This document shows positions 9,976 to 20,302 of a stretch of DNA of 64,000 nucleotides, piece by piece. Source of the stretch: a virus (Duplodnaviria; Caudoviricetes); IMG/VR virus record IMGVR_UViG_3300032017_000001, positions 1 to 64,000 of that record, one strand, 5' to 3'. Numbering within the stretch: the stretch's first letter is position 1; each line of letters opens with the position of its first letter. Position numbers and translations under genes: made by a program. Under the pieces are notes generated by a model. It had not been told where the DNA came from and did not search any database. It was given only the letters and a program-made list of their open reading frames with translations.

Positions 9976-10379
9976 AGGCCGATCTGATCGACCGGCACTA
10001 CGACATCGCTGATGTGCTGGCCGGCAGACGGTCGTGGCGGTGGCTGCGGGTTTTTATCGAGCATCTGCCGCCGGAGTCTCACACGATGACCGCTCTCCGC
10101 AATGGCCTCACGCCGATGCAGATTGAGGAGCAGGCGGGCAGGGGCGAGCCGGAGAAGGCCCGCTGGTCGCAGCAGGAGCAGTTGCTCGCCGCGGCGGTGG
10201 ATGCGATCCGCCGCCTGGAGTGGGTGCTGATCTGCGTCAACGTCGACAAGAAGTCGAAGCGGCCGGATCCGCCTGAGCCGATGCGCCGGCCGGGTGCGGG
10301 GCCGCGGAAGAAGACCGCGCAGCTCACCGACAAGTCCGCGAACCGGCTCTTCGAGCTGTTGCAAGGGGGCGCCGCATAG
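9924..10379 (+). CDS. Tail assembly chaperone GT extension (frameshifted)
   Basis: -1 frame reads GKVRGTVAIWEAHAEAVEADL...SWRWLRVFIEHLPPES, typical of actinophage T segments. Confidence 0.75.
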   Translation, partial: GKVRGTVAIWEAHAEAVEADLIDRHYDIADVLAGRRSWRWLRVFIEHLPPESHTMTALRNGLTPMQIEEQAGRGEPEKARWSQQEQLLAAAVDAIRRLEWVLICVNVDKKSKRPDPPEPMRRPGAGPRKKTAQLTDKSANRLFELLQGGAA

Positions 10380-10400
10380 GGCGCTGGGAGGAGGCTCCCG

Positions 10401-13400
10401 GTGCCTGCTATCTCTGTCGGCTCGGTCGAGGTCGATGTCGTCCCGAACGCGCGTGGCGTGCAGTCGCGGCTGCGGGCCGCGCTGGTGCCGCCTGCGTCGA
10501 CAATCGGTGATGAGGTTGGCCGGATCATCGGTCAGCGGATCGCCGCGAACATCGCGCCGGCGGTGCGGGACGGTATTCAGGACGGTGCGCGGGCTGCTCG
10601 TCCTGCGGCGGCTCGGGGTGGTCAGCAGGCGGGCGGGGCGTTCGCGCGGTCGCTGCGGGCGCGCCTGGAGGCTGCGTTCCGCAGCATGCCGCGCCTGGAT
10701 GTTCGCTTGTCGGACACGGGTGTCGACGCGGACCTGGCCAGGCTGCGGGCCCGGCTGGAGTCTCTGGCCGGGAAGACGGTCGGGATCGACATCGACGCCG
10801 AGTCGGCTCGGGCTCAGGCGGCGGACATTGAGGAGCGGCTGCGCCGGATCGGCGCCGCCCACCCCAATGTGGCGGTGCGCGCGGACACTGCGGCGGCGAT
10901 CGCGCAGCTGCAGCTGCTGCAGCAGCAGATCGACGAGACGACCCGTGACCCGGCCCGGGTTCGGGTGGAGACGGACGGAACGTTCGGGCAGCGTCTGCGG
11001 GCTCAGGTGCAGGCGGCTGAGGCGGCGCTGCCGAACATCAACCTGACGGCGGACTCGTCCGATGTTGATGTGGAGATCGCGCGGCTGCGGGCGCAGCTGA
11101 CGGCTCTGCGGGATGTGCGGATCGGTGTCGACATGGACACCGCCACCGCGACGGCGCGTATTGAGGCGGTCCAGGCGCGGCTTCAGGCGCTGTCTGCTTC
11201 GGACGCTGATGTGGCTGTGCGTGTGGACACGGCAGCAGCGGCTACGCAGCTCGCCGCGATTCAGGCGATGGTGAACCGTCTGGACGGGCAGACGGCGAAC
11301 GTCAATGTCCGCGTGTCCGGCATGCAGATGCTGGTCACGGCGGCGTTGGCGTTCGGGCCTGCGTTGCTGCCGGTGCTGCCGGTGGCGGCGGCGGGCCTGG
11401 GGGCGGTTGCGGCTGCGGCGACGGCCGCGGCGGTCGGTATCGGGTCGATTGCCCTGGTGGCGGCGCCGGCGTTCATGCAGATCGGGAAGGTGCTGCAGGC
11501 GCAGAAGGCCGCTCAGGATGCGTCGACGCAGGCAACGCTGCAGGGCGGGCAGGCGGCGTCTCAGGGCGCGCAGAAGGCTTTGCAGATGGCGTCGGCGCAG
11601 CAGTCGCTGGCGACGGCGCACCGGAATGCGGCGCGGCAGGTTCGGCAGGCTGAGCAGGGTATTTCGGATGCGGTCAGGAATGCGGCGGAGGCGAATGAGC
11701 GGGCCGCCGACCAGGTGAAGTCGGCCCGTCAGGGTCTGGCGGATGCGGTGCAGCAGGCCGCGGACCGGCAGCGGTCGGCGGCGGAGCAGATCCGCAGCGC
11801 GGAGGAGTCTCTCGCCAACGCGCAGCGGTCGGCCCGGCAGGCGCAGGAAGATCTGACGGAGGCGCGCGCGGACGCTTCCCGGCAGCTGGAGGATTTGGAG
11901 TCCCGGCTGGCGAATGCGTCGCTGTCGGAGCGGGACGCTGTGCTGGCGGTGCAGGAGGCCCGTGACCGGCTGCAGCGCATGCAGGAGGCAGGGGAGAACG
12001 CCTCCTATGTGCAGCAGCAGCGTGCGCAGCTTGCCTATGAGCAGGCGGTGCAGCGGCTCGAGGACCAGCGCACTGAGACGAAGCGGCTGACCGCCGAGAA
12101 GAAGAAGGCGGACAAGGCCGGCGTCGACGGCTCCGAGCTGGTCCTGGATGCGCAGGAGCGTCTACAGCAGGCCGAGAAGGGCGTCGCTGATCAGCAGCGG
12201 TCCTTGGCGAAGGCCCGCGAGGATGCGTCCCGGCAGGCGGTGCAGTCGCAGCGGGATATCGCTGAGGCGCAGGAGCGTGTCGCGGAAGCCCAGCGGAACG
12301 TCACAAGGACGCAGGAGGATGGGGCCCGCTCTGTGGCGCGGGCGCAGGAGCAGTTGGCTCAGGCTCAGCAGTCGGCTGCGGATTCGATTGCTTCAGCGCA
12401 ACGTCAGATTGCCTCCGCGTCGCTTTCGGCGGCCGGGGGCGCGGATCAGGCTGCCCTCGCGCAGGCCAAGTACCAGGCTGAGCTGGCGAAGCTGACGCCG
12501 TCGGCGCGGGAAACCTATGACTCGTTCCTGAGCCTGAAGGACGCGTTCGGCGAGTGGTCGCGCAGCTTGCAGCCGGCCGTCATGCCGATCTTTACGCGTG
12601 CGCTGGACGGCATGAGGCGGGCGCTTCCCGGTCTGACGCCGTTCGTGCTGGAGGCTGCGGACGCGATCAAGGGTCTGCAGGACCGGGCGTCGGAGGGCTT
12701 CAAGTCGCCGTGGTGGAAGGAGTTCAAGCAGGATCTTGAGGGCTCCATCAAGCCTGCTATCACTGGTCTCGGTGTCGCCTTCGGGAACATTTTCGTGGGC
12801 ATGGCTGGGATCGTGCAGGCCTTCATGCCGCACATGGACTCGATCTCGCAGCGCATGCAAGACATCACGAAGCGGTTCGCGGACTGGGGCAGCAATCTCA
12901 AGGGCAGCCCGGAGTTTGAGAAGTTCCTGGCCTACTCCTCTCAGATGGGGCCGGTCCTGGCGGAGACGTTCGGGAGCCTCGGCTCGGCATTCATGAGCGT
13001 CGCGCAGGCTTTGAAGCCGCTGTCGGAACCACTCCTGCGGATTATCGGCGCGGTGGCGGAGTTCGTGGCTGTCGTCGCCGAGAAGGCGCCGTGGCTCATC
13101 TTGTCGATCTACGGGATCATCCTGGCCACGAAACTGTGGACGATCGCCATGTGGGCGTTCAACGCCGCCGCGGCAGCCAACCCCATCACCCTGATCATCA
13201 TCGGGATTGTGGCGCTTGTCGCCATCGTCGTGTGGGCGTACAACCGGTTCGGCTGGTTCCGGGACCTTGTACAGACTGTGTGGTCGGCGATCCAGACTGG
13301 TGCGCTCTGGTTGTGGAACAGGGTGCTGAAGCCGACGTTCACCGCGATCTGGCTCGGCTTGCAGACCGTCGGCCGGTGGGCTCTCTGGCTGTGGAGCAAC

Positions 13401-16340
13401 GCGATCAAACCGGCGTTCGACTTCATCGTCCTTGCCGGGAAGATTCTGCTGACCGCGCTGGTCACGATCGTCCTGCTGCCGATCTATGCAATGCTCAAGC
13501 TGGTCGGCTGGATCGCCATGTGGCTGTGGAACAACGCCATCAAGCCTGCCTTCGAAGGCATCGCTTCGCTTGCCATGTGGCTGTGGACGAATGCCTTCAA
13601 GCCTGCCTTCCAGTGGATCGGCGACAAGGCGAAGTGGCTGTGGAACAACGCCATCAAACCCGCGTGGAACGGCATCCAGACCGGCGCCAAGTGGATGTGG
13701 GAAAAGGTCCTCCGGCCTGTCTTCCGGTTCATCTGGGATGGGCTGAAGGAGGTCGGCCGCTGGGCGAAGTGGCTGTGGCAGAACGCGATCGAACCTGCCT
13801 GGGACGGCATCTCCTCTGCAGGTAAGACGGCATGGGAGGAGAACATTCGCCCGATCTTCAACCGTTTCAAGGAGATCGTCAGCGGCCTGAAGGACACTTT
13901 CGACACCGCCGTCAAGAACATCAAAACGGCCTGGGACAAGATCAAGGAGATTGCGAAAACGCCTGTCAAGTTCATCGTCGACACGGTGTACAACGGCGGG
14001 ATTCTCAAGGTCTGGAACAAGGTCGCCGACGCGTTCGGTGCTCCCAAGCTGGAGAAGGTCAAGTTTGCGTCCGGCGGCATCATGCCCGGCTACACGCCGG
14101 GCAGGGACGTCCACAAGTTCATGTCCCCGACCGGTGGCGCTCTCGAGCTGTCGGGCGGCGAGGCCATCATGCGGCCCGAGTTCACACGGGCAGTCGGCTC
14201 GGGCTTCGTCAACACGATGAACTCGGTCGCCAAGTCCCGCGGCGCTCAGGGCATCAAGGCCGCCCTCGCGCCGATGCTCGGCGGCAACCCGAACACCCCG
14301 ACGGATACGTCGCTGCGGTATGCGACCGGCGGCGTGGTGCAGCGGTATGCGGACGGCGGGATCTTCGGCTGGATCAAGAAGACCGCATCGTCTGCGGTGG
14401 GTGCCGGATCGGCAGCCTGGAACAAGGCCAAGGAGGGTGCTTCCTGGCTGAAGGATGGTCTTGAAGCGTCCGCGCGGGCAGGCGTCAAGCGTGTTGTCGA
14501 CCCGCTCCTGAAGAACTTCCCGGGCGCCGACACTGGCTTTGGGAAGATGATCCGCCGCATCCCGACACGGATCATCGACTCGCTGTTCGGCTACAGCAAG
14601 GAGGCCGACAAGCGCGGTGCGGGCGGGATCGGCGGGCCGCGGATTGCTGCCGCTCTGAAGTGGGCGAAGACGCAGAACGGCCTGCCCTACCAGTGGGCAG
14701 GCAACGGCAACCCGTCCTGGGACTGCTGTATCGTCGGACCTGTGAGGGTTTATGGGCCCGATGGGGCAAAGCCAATTCAGGATGTGCGAGCCGGCGACGA
14801 GGTCTACTCCTACATCGACGGCAAGCTCACCGTTCAGGCTGTGACCGCAGCCTGGAAGTCCAAGACTCAGCCCGTCTTCAAGGTGCGGACCCGCAACAGG
14901 GCTGTCACCGCGTCTGCCAACCACCCGTTCATGCGGCTGGTGCAGATGGCGAAGTCGGAGCCTGTCAAGGGAGGCAAGCGAGGGGAACAGATCCCAGCGA
15001 AGTACGGCATTGAGTGGGCGCGCTTGGACGAACTCAAGCGGGGTGACCTTCTCGTGCAGCCTCGCGAGATGGCGCCTGCTGAGGTAAACAACCCGTCGCT
15101 GCCGGACGGAACTCCAGTAACCGAGGACATTGCCTGGCTCCTCGGGCTGTTCGTGGGCGATGGCCACATGAACCGCAACACGGTACGCATATGCGTTTAC
15201 GACGACTTGAGCGTCCGAGCGCAGATGGTGTTCCGGAGTTTGGGGGTCAACAGTTTCACGGCTCAGAAGCACGGCGTCGTGGCGTCGAGCGTCCAACTCG
15301 TCAAGGCTCTAACCGAGATGGGATTCGACAAGCCGGGTCCCGAGAAACGCGTTCCGGACGCAGTCTGGACGTGGGGGCAGGAACTCCGCCAGGCGTTCCT
15401 CGACGGGTACTGCGACGCCGACGGGCACCGTCCGGCGAACCAGGCAAAGCATGGGCAGCGGACCTACTCATCGGCATCTCGCGAGCTGATCGAGGATGTG
15501 CGAGCAATGCACATCATGCTGGGGCACCCGGTGTCCAACATCTCGACGAACAACCGGGCCAAGCCGATCATCATTAAGGGCAAGGCGGTCAAGAAGGCTC
15601 TCCCTCTGCACTCCTTCACCGTGTGGGTAGGGGAGGGGCGCGGCGAGGTCGCGCTGCGTCGACTGCCGGGTGTCGCTGCCTGGTTGGATGCGGGGGACTT
15701 CACTCTGGCGAAGGTGCTTGAGGTGAGCGATGAAGGCGTCCAGGAGACCTACGACCTTGAGGTCGAGGGCGCGCACAACTTCATTGCTGACGGTGTGGTA
15801 GTCCATAACTCCGGGTTCATGTCGGCGATCGAGTCCGTCATTCGAGGTCAGAAGCCGCACCGCAGGTGGGCGACGATGGCGTTCTCGGGGCGGACGGCTC
15901 CTCCCGGCTGGGTGAAGAACGGCAACTCCGCGTTCAAGGTCGGCATCACCAATGCCGGTGTCGGCCACACCGCGGGCACCCTCGGCAGGACGAACGTGGA
16001 GTCCCGCGGCGGCGACGGTGTGGTGGTGGGCTCGAGGGCCCGCAGCTACAAGGACCGCCTGTTCACCGACTGGTACGGGTTCATGCCCGGCAAGTACGAC
16101 TCGGGCGGCTACCTCCAGCCGGGCCTCAACTTGGCCTACAACGGCACCGGCCGGCCGGAGCCCGTCTTCACCACGGCTCAGGCCAACGCGCTGACGTCGC
16201 TGGCAGCCAGGTCGGCGCAGCAGCAGCTCGGTGACCTCGACATCAGCGTGTACGTCGGCAACGAGCAGATCACCGACATCGCGCGGGCCGAAGTCCGCAC
16301 CGCTCAGGGCGAACTCATCCAGGTACTCAACGCGAACTGA
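10401..16340 (+). CDS. Tape measure protein with C-terminal NlpC/P60 peptidase, interrupted by an intein
   Basis: 1979 aa, Ala/Gln coiled coils, Trp-rich repeats, FASGG/YATGG/YADGG/YDSGG motifs; PYQWAG...WDC|SGF and GHT of NlpC/P60. Confidence 0.92.
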   Translation: MPAISVGSVEVDVVPNARGVQSRLRAALVPPASTIGDEVGRIIGQRIAANIAPAVRDGIQDGARAARPAAARGGQQAGGAFARSLRARLEAAFRSMPRLDVRLSDTGVDADLARLRARLESLAGKTVGIDIDAESARAQAADIEERLRRIGAAHPNVAVRADTAAAIAQLQLLQQQIDETTRDPARVRVETDGTFGQRLRAQVQAAEAALPNINLTADSSDVDVEIARLRAQLTALRDVRIGVDMDTATATARIEAVQARLQALSASDADVAVRVDTAAAATQLAAIQAMVNRLDGQTANVNVRVSGMQMLVTAALAFGPALLPVLPVAAAGLGAVAAAATAAAVGIGSIALVAAPAFMQIGKVLQAQKAAQDASTQATLQGGQAASQGAQKALQMASAQQSLATAHRNAARQVRQAEQGISDAVRNAAEANERAADQVKSARQGLADAVQQAADRQRSAAEQIRSAEESLANAQRSARQAQEDLTEARADASRQLEDLESRLANASLSERDAVLAVQEARDRLQRMQEAGENASYVQQQRAQLAYEQAVQRLEDQRTETKRLTAEKKKADKAGVDGSELVLDAQERLQQAEKGVADQQRSLAKAREDASRQAVQSQRDIAEAQERVAEAQRNVTRTQEDGARSVARAQEQLAQAQQSAADSIASAQRQIASASLSAAGGADQAALAQAKYQAELAKLTPSARETYDSFLSLKDAFGEWSRSLQPAVMPIFTRALDGMRRALPGLTPFVLEAADAIKGLQDRASEGFKSPWWKEFKQDLEGSIKPAITGLGVAFGNIFVGMAGIVQAFMPHMDSISQRMQDITKRFADWGSNLKGSPEFEKFLAYSSQMGPVLAETFGSLGSAFMSVAQALKPLSEPLLRIIGAVAEFVAVVAEKAPWLILSIYGIILATKLWTIAMWAFNAAAAANPITLIIIGIVALVAIVVWAYNRFGWFRDLVQTVWSAIQTGALWLWNRVLKPTFTAIWLGLQTVGRWALWLWSNAIKPAFDFIVLAGKILLTALVTIVLLPIYAMLKLVGWIAMWLWNNAIKPAFEGIASLAMWLWTNAFKPAFQWIGDKAKWLWNNAIKPAWNGIQTGAKWMWEKVLRPVFRFIWDGLKEVGRWAKWLWQNAIEPAWDGISSAGKTAWEENIRPIFNRFKEIVSGLKDTFDTAVKNIKTAWDKIKEIAKTPVKFIVDTVYNGGILKVWNKVADAFGAPKLEKVKFASGGIMPGYTPGRDVHKFMSPTGGALELSGGEAIMRPEFTRAVGSGFVNTMNSVAKSRGAQGIKAALAPMLGGNPNTPTDTSLRYATGGVVQRYADGGIFGWIKKTASSAVGAGSAAWNKAKEGASWLKDGLEASARAGVKRVVDPLLKNFPGADTGFGKMIRRIPTRIIDSLFGYSKEADKRGAGGIGGPRIAAALKWAKTQNGLPYQWAGNGNPSWDCCIVGPVRVYGPDGAKPIQDVRAGDEVYSYIDGKLTVQAVTAAWKSKTQPVFKVRTRNRAVTASANHPFMRLVQMAKSEPVKGGKRGEQIPAKYGIEWARLDELKRGDLLVQPREMAPAEVNNPSLPDGTPVTEDIAWLLGLFVGDGHMNRNTVRICVYDDLSVRAQMVFRSLGVNSFTAQKHGVVASSVQLVKALTEMGFDKPGPEKRVPDAVWTWGQELRQAFLDGYCDADGHRPANQAKHGQRTYSSASRELIEDVRAMHIMLGHPVSNISTNNRAKPIIIKGKAVKKALPLHSFTVWVGEGRGEVALRRLPGVAAWLDAGDFTLAKVLEVSDEGVQETYDLEVEGAHNFIADGVVVHNSGFMSAIESVIRGQKPHRRWATMAFSGRTAPPGWVKNGNSAFKVGITNAGVGHTAGTLGRTNVESRGGDGVVVGSRARSYKDRLFTDWYGFMPGKYDSGGYLQPGLNLAYNGTGRPEPVFTTAQANALTSLAARSAQQQLGDLDISVYVGNEQITDIARAEVRTAQGELIQVLNAN
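14727..15809 (+). mobile_element. Intein with LAGLIDADG homing endonuclease (361 aa)
   Basis: Starts C(IVGPV), block B SANHPF, ends TYDLEVEGAHNFIADGVVVHN followed by Ser; LAGLIDADG helices WLLGLFVGDG and AFLDGYCDADG. Confidence 0.93.
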
Positions 16341-16350
16341 GGAGGTCTCC

Positions 16351-18582
16351 ATGCCGATCCCCGGGAACCTCCTCTCCGCGACGACGGAGATGGTCGACCC
16401 GAACACCTCCGGCTGGACGGCGAAGCTGAACGCGACGCTGTCGAAGGGCGTGGGCGGAAGGAACGGGGACGGCTGCCTGGTCGCCAAGAGCGTGGCGGCG
16501 GGGGAGGTGCAGGCCCGCACCGTCTCCTCCTACCCGGTCACGGTGGGCACCGTCTACCTGGCATTCGCGGACGCGTCGGGTGCCTCGTCGACGCAGGAGC
16601 GGATCGGTATCCGCTGGCTGTCCGGCACGGGCACGGAGGTCGCCGTCACCTGGTCGCTGTCGACGCTGTCGGCGTCGGCTGCGTGGCATCGCGTGTCGGT
16701 GGCCGGCGCGGCCCCGGCGGGGGCGGCTCAGGCGCAGGTCATCCTGTCGTCTACTGCCGCCGCGGCGCTGGTCAACGAGTACTGGGAGAACGTCTATCTC
16801 GGGGCGCCGATCCGCACGATGGGCAACCTGCTCCCCTTCAACACCGAGTCCTCCGAGGTAGATGCGTCGGGGTGGGCGGCGGTCGTTAACGCGACCGTTT
16901 CCCGGCAGGTGCCGGTCATGCAGTGGTCCGCCACCAACTATGTGGCGGGCGGCCACACGCTGGCGATGACCGCGGTCGCCGCAGGCAACGCCAGCATTTT
17001 GGCGGTGGACCAGCCGACGGTTACCCCGGGCCAGGAGTACCTGGCCTACGCCTACGTGCAGCCGCCTACGGTCGCCTCCACGGCGTGGATCGAGCTGCGG
17101 TTCTACGACGGTGACGGCAATCAGGTGCAGGCCACCCGCAGCACGTTGGCGCCGCCGACTCCGGCGTCGGGCATGTACCGGCAGCGGGCGTCCGCGACGG
17201 CTCCGGCGGGCGCGGCGACCTGCTCGCTCGCCGCCGGCCTGGACGGTGCTTCTGCGGGGCAGGTGCTGCGTCTGGAGACCGTCGTCATCGCGGCGGCCCC
17301 GGAACTGCAGTCCGGGAGCGTCCTGCCGTATGCCGATGCCTCCTTCGAGCAGGGGGTCGCCGGGTGGACGGTGGCGTCCGGTGTGGCGACGATCGCCCGC
17401 ACCACACCGTGGGGCGAATCAGGGCTCGCCGGGGCCTACGCGCTCGCCGTCACCAGCACGACGGCCACAGCCTCCGTGCTCCAGTCGGTGAAAGTGCCGG
17501 TCACGGAGGGCCTCAACTGGCGGGCCCTGACCTACGCGCATCCGGCAACCGGCACCTGGTCGACGGTCACAGTCAGGGTCCGCTGGTACGACGCGGACGA
17601 TACTGACCTGGGCGCCAGCACGGGCACCTCCTACAGCGTGCCCGGCTCCTCCTGGTACGGGATGCAGTCGGACCAGGTGGCGCCCGCAGGAGCGACGCAG
17701 GCGGCGATCGAGATCGTGCCGACGGCGGCCACCACGGGCGCGGTGCTGCACCTGGACTGGATAGCCCTGTGGGAGGTGCTGCCACTCACTGCGGTAACCG
17801 CCGACTCGACCGCCGGCTACATCACGCTCACCCTGCGGGAACTGCCCCTGGATTACGAGGTCACCGTGTACCGCGTGGGCGAGGGCGGGGCCCGGACGCT
17901 GGTGCGGGGCGAGTCGGGGCTGATCGACCGGCAGACCATCACGTCGGACCTCATGGTCATCGAGGACCATGAGGCGCCGATGGGCGTGCCGGTCTTCTAC
18001 CACATCGAGATCTACGACCTGTCTGGCGACAGGTCCACCCGGTCCTCCGACACGGTGGCCGTGACCCTCGACGACATCAACGAGGCATGGCTGAAGGATC
18101 CGGGGAATCCGCAACGGAACATGCGGGTCGTGGTGCAGCGGGCTCCGGACTGGCAGCGGCCGATCGAGCAGGCCAGCCATGTAGTCCGGGGCCGCCGTAA
18201 CAAGGTCGTCCTGTCCGGACGGAGGCAGGGACTCGAGGGGGACCTGGCCGTGTGGACGCGCTCCGACGACGAGCGGCGTGCCCTGCATCTGCTGCTCGAC
18301 TCGGGCAGCACGCTGCTGTGGCAGGCCGCCCCTGGCATGGGCGTCTCGGACATGTATGTGGCCGTCGGTCTGGTCGCCGAGGCGAGGGTGGGGAGGCTGG
18401 CGCAGGAGCAGTGGCGGGCGTGGTCGCTGCCGTTGGTCGAGCAGGACATGCCGGTCACGGTCGGTGTGGGCGGGGCGGCCGGGCGTACCTGGCAGGACGT
18501 GCTCACGGAGTTCGCGACTTGGGGCGATCTCATGGACACCTACGCAACGTGGGAAGACGTTTTCCTCGACCGGCGGGGGTGA
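16351..18582 (+). CDS. Minor tail protein with repeated carbohydrate-binding-like domains
   Basis: Three repeats beginning GNLL/GNLL/GSVL...GW; C-terminal distal-tail-like region; follows tape measure. Confidence 0.7.
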   Translation: MPIPGNLLSATTEMVDPNTSGWTAKLNATLSKGVGGRNGDGCLVAKSVAAGEVQARTVSSYPVTVGTVYLAFADASGASSTQERIGIRWLSGTGTEVAVTWSLSTLSASAAWHRVSVAGAAPAGAAQAQVILSSTAAAALVNEYWENVYLGAPIRTMGNLLPFNTESSEVDASGWAAVVNATVSRQVPVMQWSATNYVAGGHTLAMTAVAAGNASILAVDQPTVTPGQEYLAYAYVQPPTVASTAWIELRFYDGDGNQVQATRSTLAPPTPASGMYRQRASATAPAGAATCSLAAGLDGASAGQVLRLETVVIAAAPELQSGSVLPYADASFEQGVAGWTVASGVATIARTTPWGESGLAGAYALAVTSTTATASVLQSVKVPVTEGLNWRALTYAHPATGTWSTVTVRVRWYDADDTDLGASTGTSYSVPGSSWYGMQSDQVAPAGATQAAIEIVPTAATTGAVLHLDWIALWEVLPLTAVTADSTAGYITLTLRELPLDYEVTVYRVGEGGARTLVRGESGLIDRQTITSDLMVIEDHEAPMGVPVFYHIEIYDLSGDRSTRSSDTVAVTLDDINEAWLKDPGNPQRNMRVVVQRAPDWQRPIEQASHVVRGRRNKVVLSGRRQGLEGDLAVWTRSDDERRALHLLLDSGSTLLWQAAPGMGVSDMYVAVGLVAEARVGRLAQEQWRAWSLPLVEQDMPVTVGVGGAAGRTWQDVLTEFATWGDLMDTYATWEDVFLDRRG

Positions 18583-19679
18583 CAGCGGTGTATCCCGTCT
18601 CCGACCGTTTCCTCGCCCGTATCGCCGAGTCGCACACGGTCGTCACCCGCGTGACCCTGTTCCTGACGACGGGTGAGGTGGTCGACCTGCCGCACACGGG
18701 CGGGTCGGTGACGGTGGACCGCGGGCAGGCGATCCGCCGCACCTGCACCGTCACCTGCCCCGACCCGTCCCTCATCCCGCGCACTCCGGCCGATCAGCTC
18801 GCCACCTACGGGGCCAGGCTGCTGGTGCAGCGCGGCGTCGACTACGGCGACGGCACCGAAGAGCTGGTGCCGCTGGGTCTGTTCCGGCTGGACTCCGTGG
18901 ACGGTGACATCTCCGACGGCCCGGTCACACTGCAGGGCAAGGATCTTTCGGCAGTGGTTGTCGATGACAGGTTCACTGCCCCCTTCGCGGCGACTGGAAC
19001 CGCGGTTGCGGCTGTCACGGAGCTGATCCGCCGGTCGCTGCCCGACGCGTCCGTCCTGAGCAGTGTCGTCGATGTGGGTATCGGCCGCCGGACTTTCGAC
19101 ACGGAGAGCGATCCGTGGGCGGCCTGCCAGGAGCTCGCTGCTGCGGCCGGCGCGGAGGTGTACGCCACCGCGGACGGCGAGTTCGTCATCGCGACGCTGC
19201 CCGACCTACTCACGACCGAACCCGCGTGGGAGATCGCCGCCGAGGAGGGCGGCGTCTACATCTCCGCTACCCGCGGCATGGCCAGCGACAACGTCTTCAA
19301 CGGGGTGCTCGCGCGCGGGGAGAACTCCTCCGATGGCATCCCGCCCGTCTCCTACCTGGCGACCGATGACGACCCGGGCTCACCCACCTACTGGGGCGGC
19401 CCGTTCGGGCGCCGGCCCGCCTTCTACAGCTCGTCCACGCTGATCAGCTCCGCCAGCTGCCAGGCCGCGGCCCGGCTGAAGCTGGCGGCGGCGAAGGCAC
19501 CGAACGCGGCCGGCGACATCACCGCACTGCCGAACCCAGCGCTGGAGCCGGGGGACGTGCTGCGGATCGTGCACCCGGACGGCACCCGCGAACTCCACCA
19601 GGCCGCGGCGTTCACGGTGCCGCTGGACCAGTCCGGCGACTTCCCCATCAGCACGATTTCCGCGAAGGAGGGCTCATGA
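18579..19679 (+). CDS. Minor tail / baseplate hub protein (DUF5047-like)
   Basis: VTVDRGQAIRRTCTV and LPNPALEPGD motifs; position. Confidence 0.65.
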   Translation: MTAVYPVSDRFLARIAESHTVVTRVTLFLTTGEVVDLPHTGGSVTVDRGQAIRRTCTVTCPDPSLIPRTPADQLATYGARLLVQRGVDYGDGTEELVPLGLFRLDSVDGDISDGPVTLQGKDLSAVVVDDRFTAPFAATGTAVAAVTELIRRSLPDASVLSSVVDVGIGRRTFDTESDPWAACQELAAAAGAEVYATADGEFVIATLPDLLTTEPAWEIAAEEGGVYISATRGMASDNVFNGVLARGENSSDGIPPVSYLATDDDPGSPTYWGGPFGRRPAFYSSSTLISSASCQAAARLKLAAAKAPNAAGDITALPNPALEPGDVLRIVHPDGTRELHQAAAFTVPLDQSGDFPISTISAKEGS

Positions 19680-20293
19680 CGGCCGCCGTGCCCCCGCGCG
19701 TGCACCGGGATTTGGCGTGGGCCATCAGACAGCAGGCGCGCCGGGTGGGGGAGCAATCGCCGACCGTGCGCGGCGCCGACTGGCGTCAGGCCATCGTCCA
19801 GACCGTCAGCACTGACGGCACCGTCACCACCGTGGACGGGATCGTCGCCCGCCGCATGCAGACCTACGAGGCGCCCGCCGAGGGTGACGTCATCGTCGTC
19901 ACCGTTTCCAGCGCGGGCGACTGGATCGCCGCCGGGCGTCTCGCCTCGGGCGACGGCGCGTGGACGCCGCTCACGCTCGCGGCCGGGTGGACGGCCGTCG
20001 CCTCCTACAACACTCCCGCCTACCGGCTCTATGAGGACGGCACGGCCGGCCTGTGCGGCATCAGTACCATCTCCGGCGCGCTCACCGCGGGCATGACCGT
20101 TGCGACGCTGCCCGCCGAGGCGACGCCGGCGAAGAACAGCCGCGTCGCGGTGCAGGTCGCGTCGGGCTACTTCGGGGTGATGACCGTCACCAGCACCGGC
20201 GTCGTCACCCTTACGGATTTCAACCCGGCACCGCCCGGGACCGGCACCAAGTTCGCCGAGTTCGACGCGCTCAGCAAATACCGGCTCGTGTAA
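19676..20293 (+). CDS. Minor tail protein
   Basis: Position; beta-rich C-terminal fibre-like segment. Confidence 0.55.
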   Translation: MTAAVPPRVHRDLAWAIRQQARRVGEQSPTVRGADWRQAIVQTVSTDGTVTTVDGIVARRMQTYEAPAEGDVIVVTVSSAGDWIAAGRLASGDGAWTPLTLAAGWTAVASYNTPAYRLYEDGTAGLCGISTISGALTAGMTVATLPAEATPAKNSRVAVQVASGYFGVMTVTSTGVVTLTDFNPAPPGTGTKFAEFDALSKYRLV

Positions 20294-20302
20294 GGGAGCA
20301 GC

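Noticed and set aside
9390-15296. Long minus-strand ORFs (9390..11621, 12393..15296)
   Set aside because: Antisense to the tape measure; Arg/Pro-rich shadow translations
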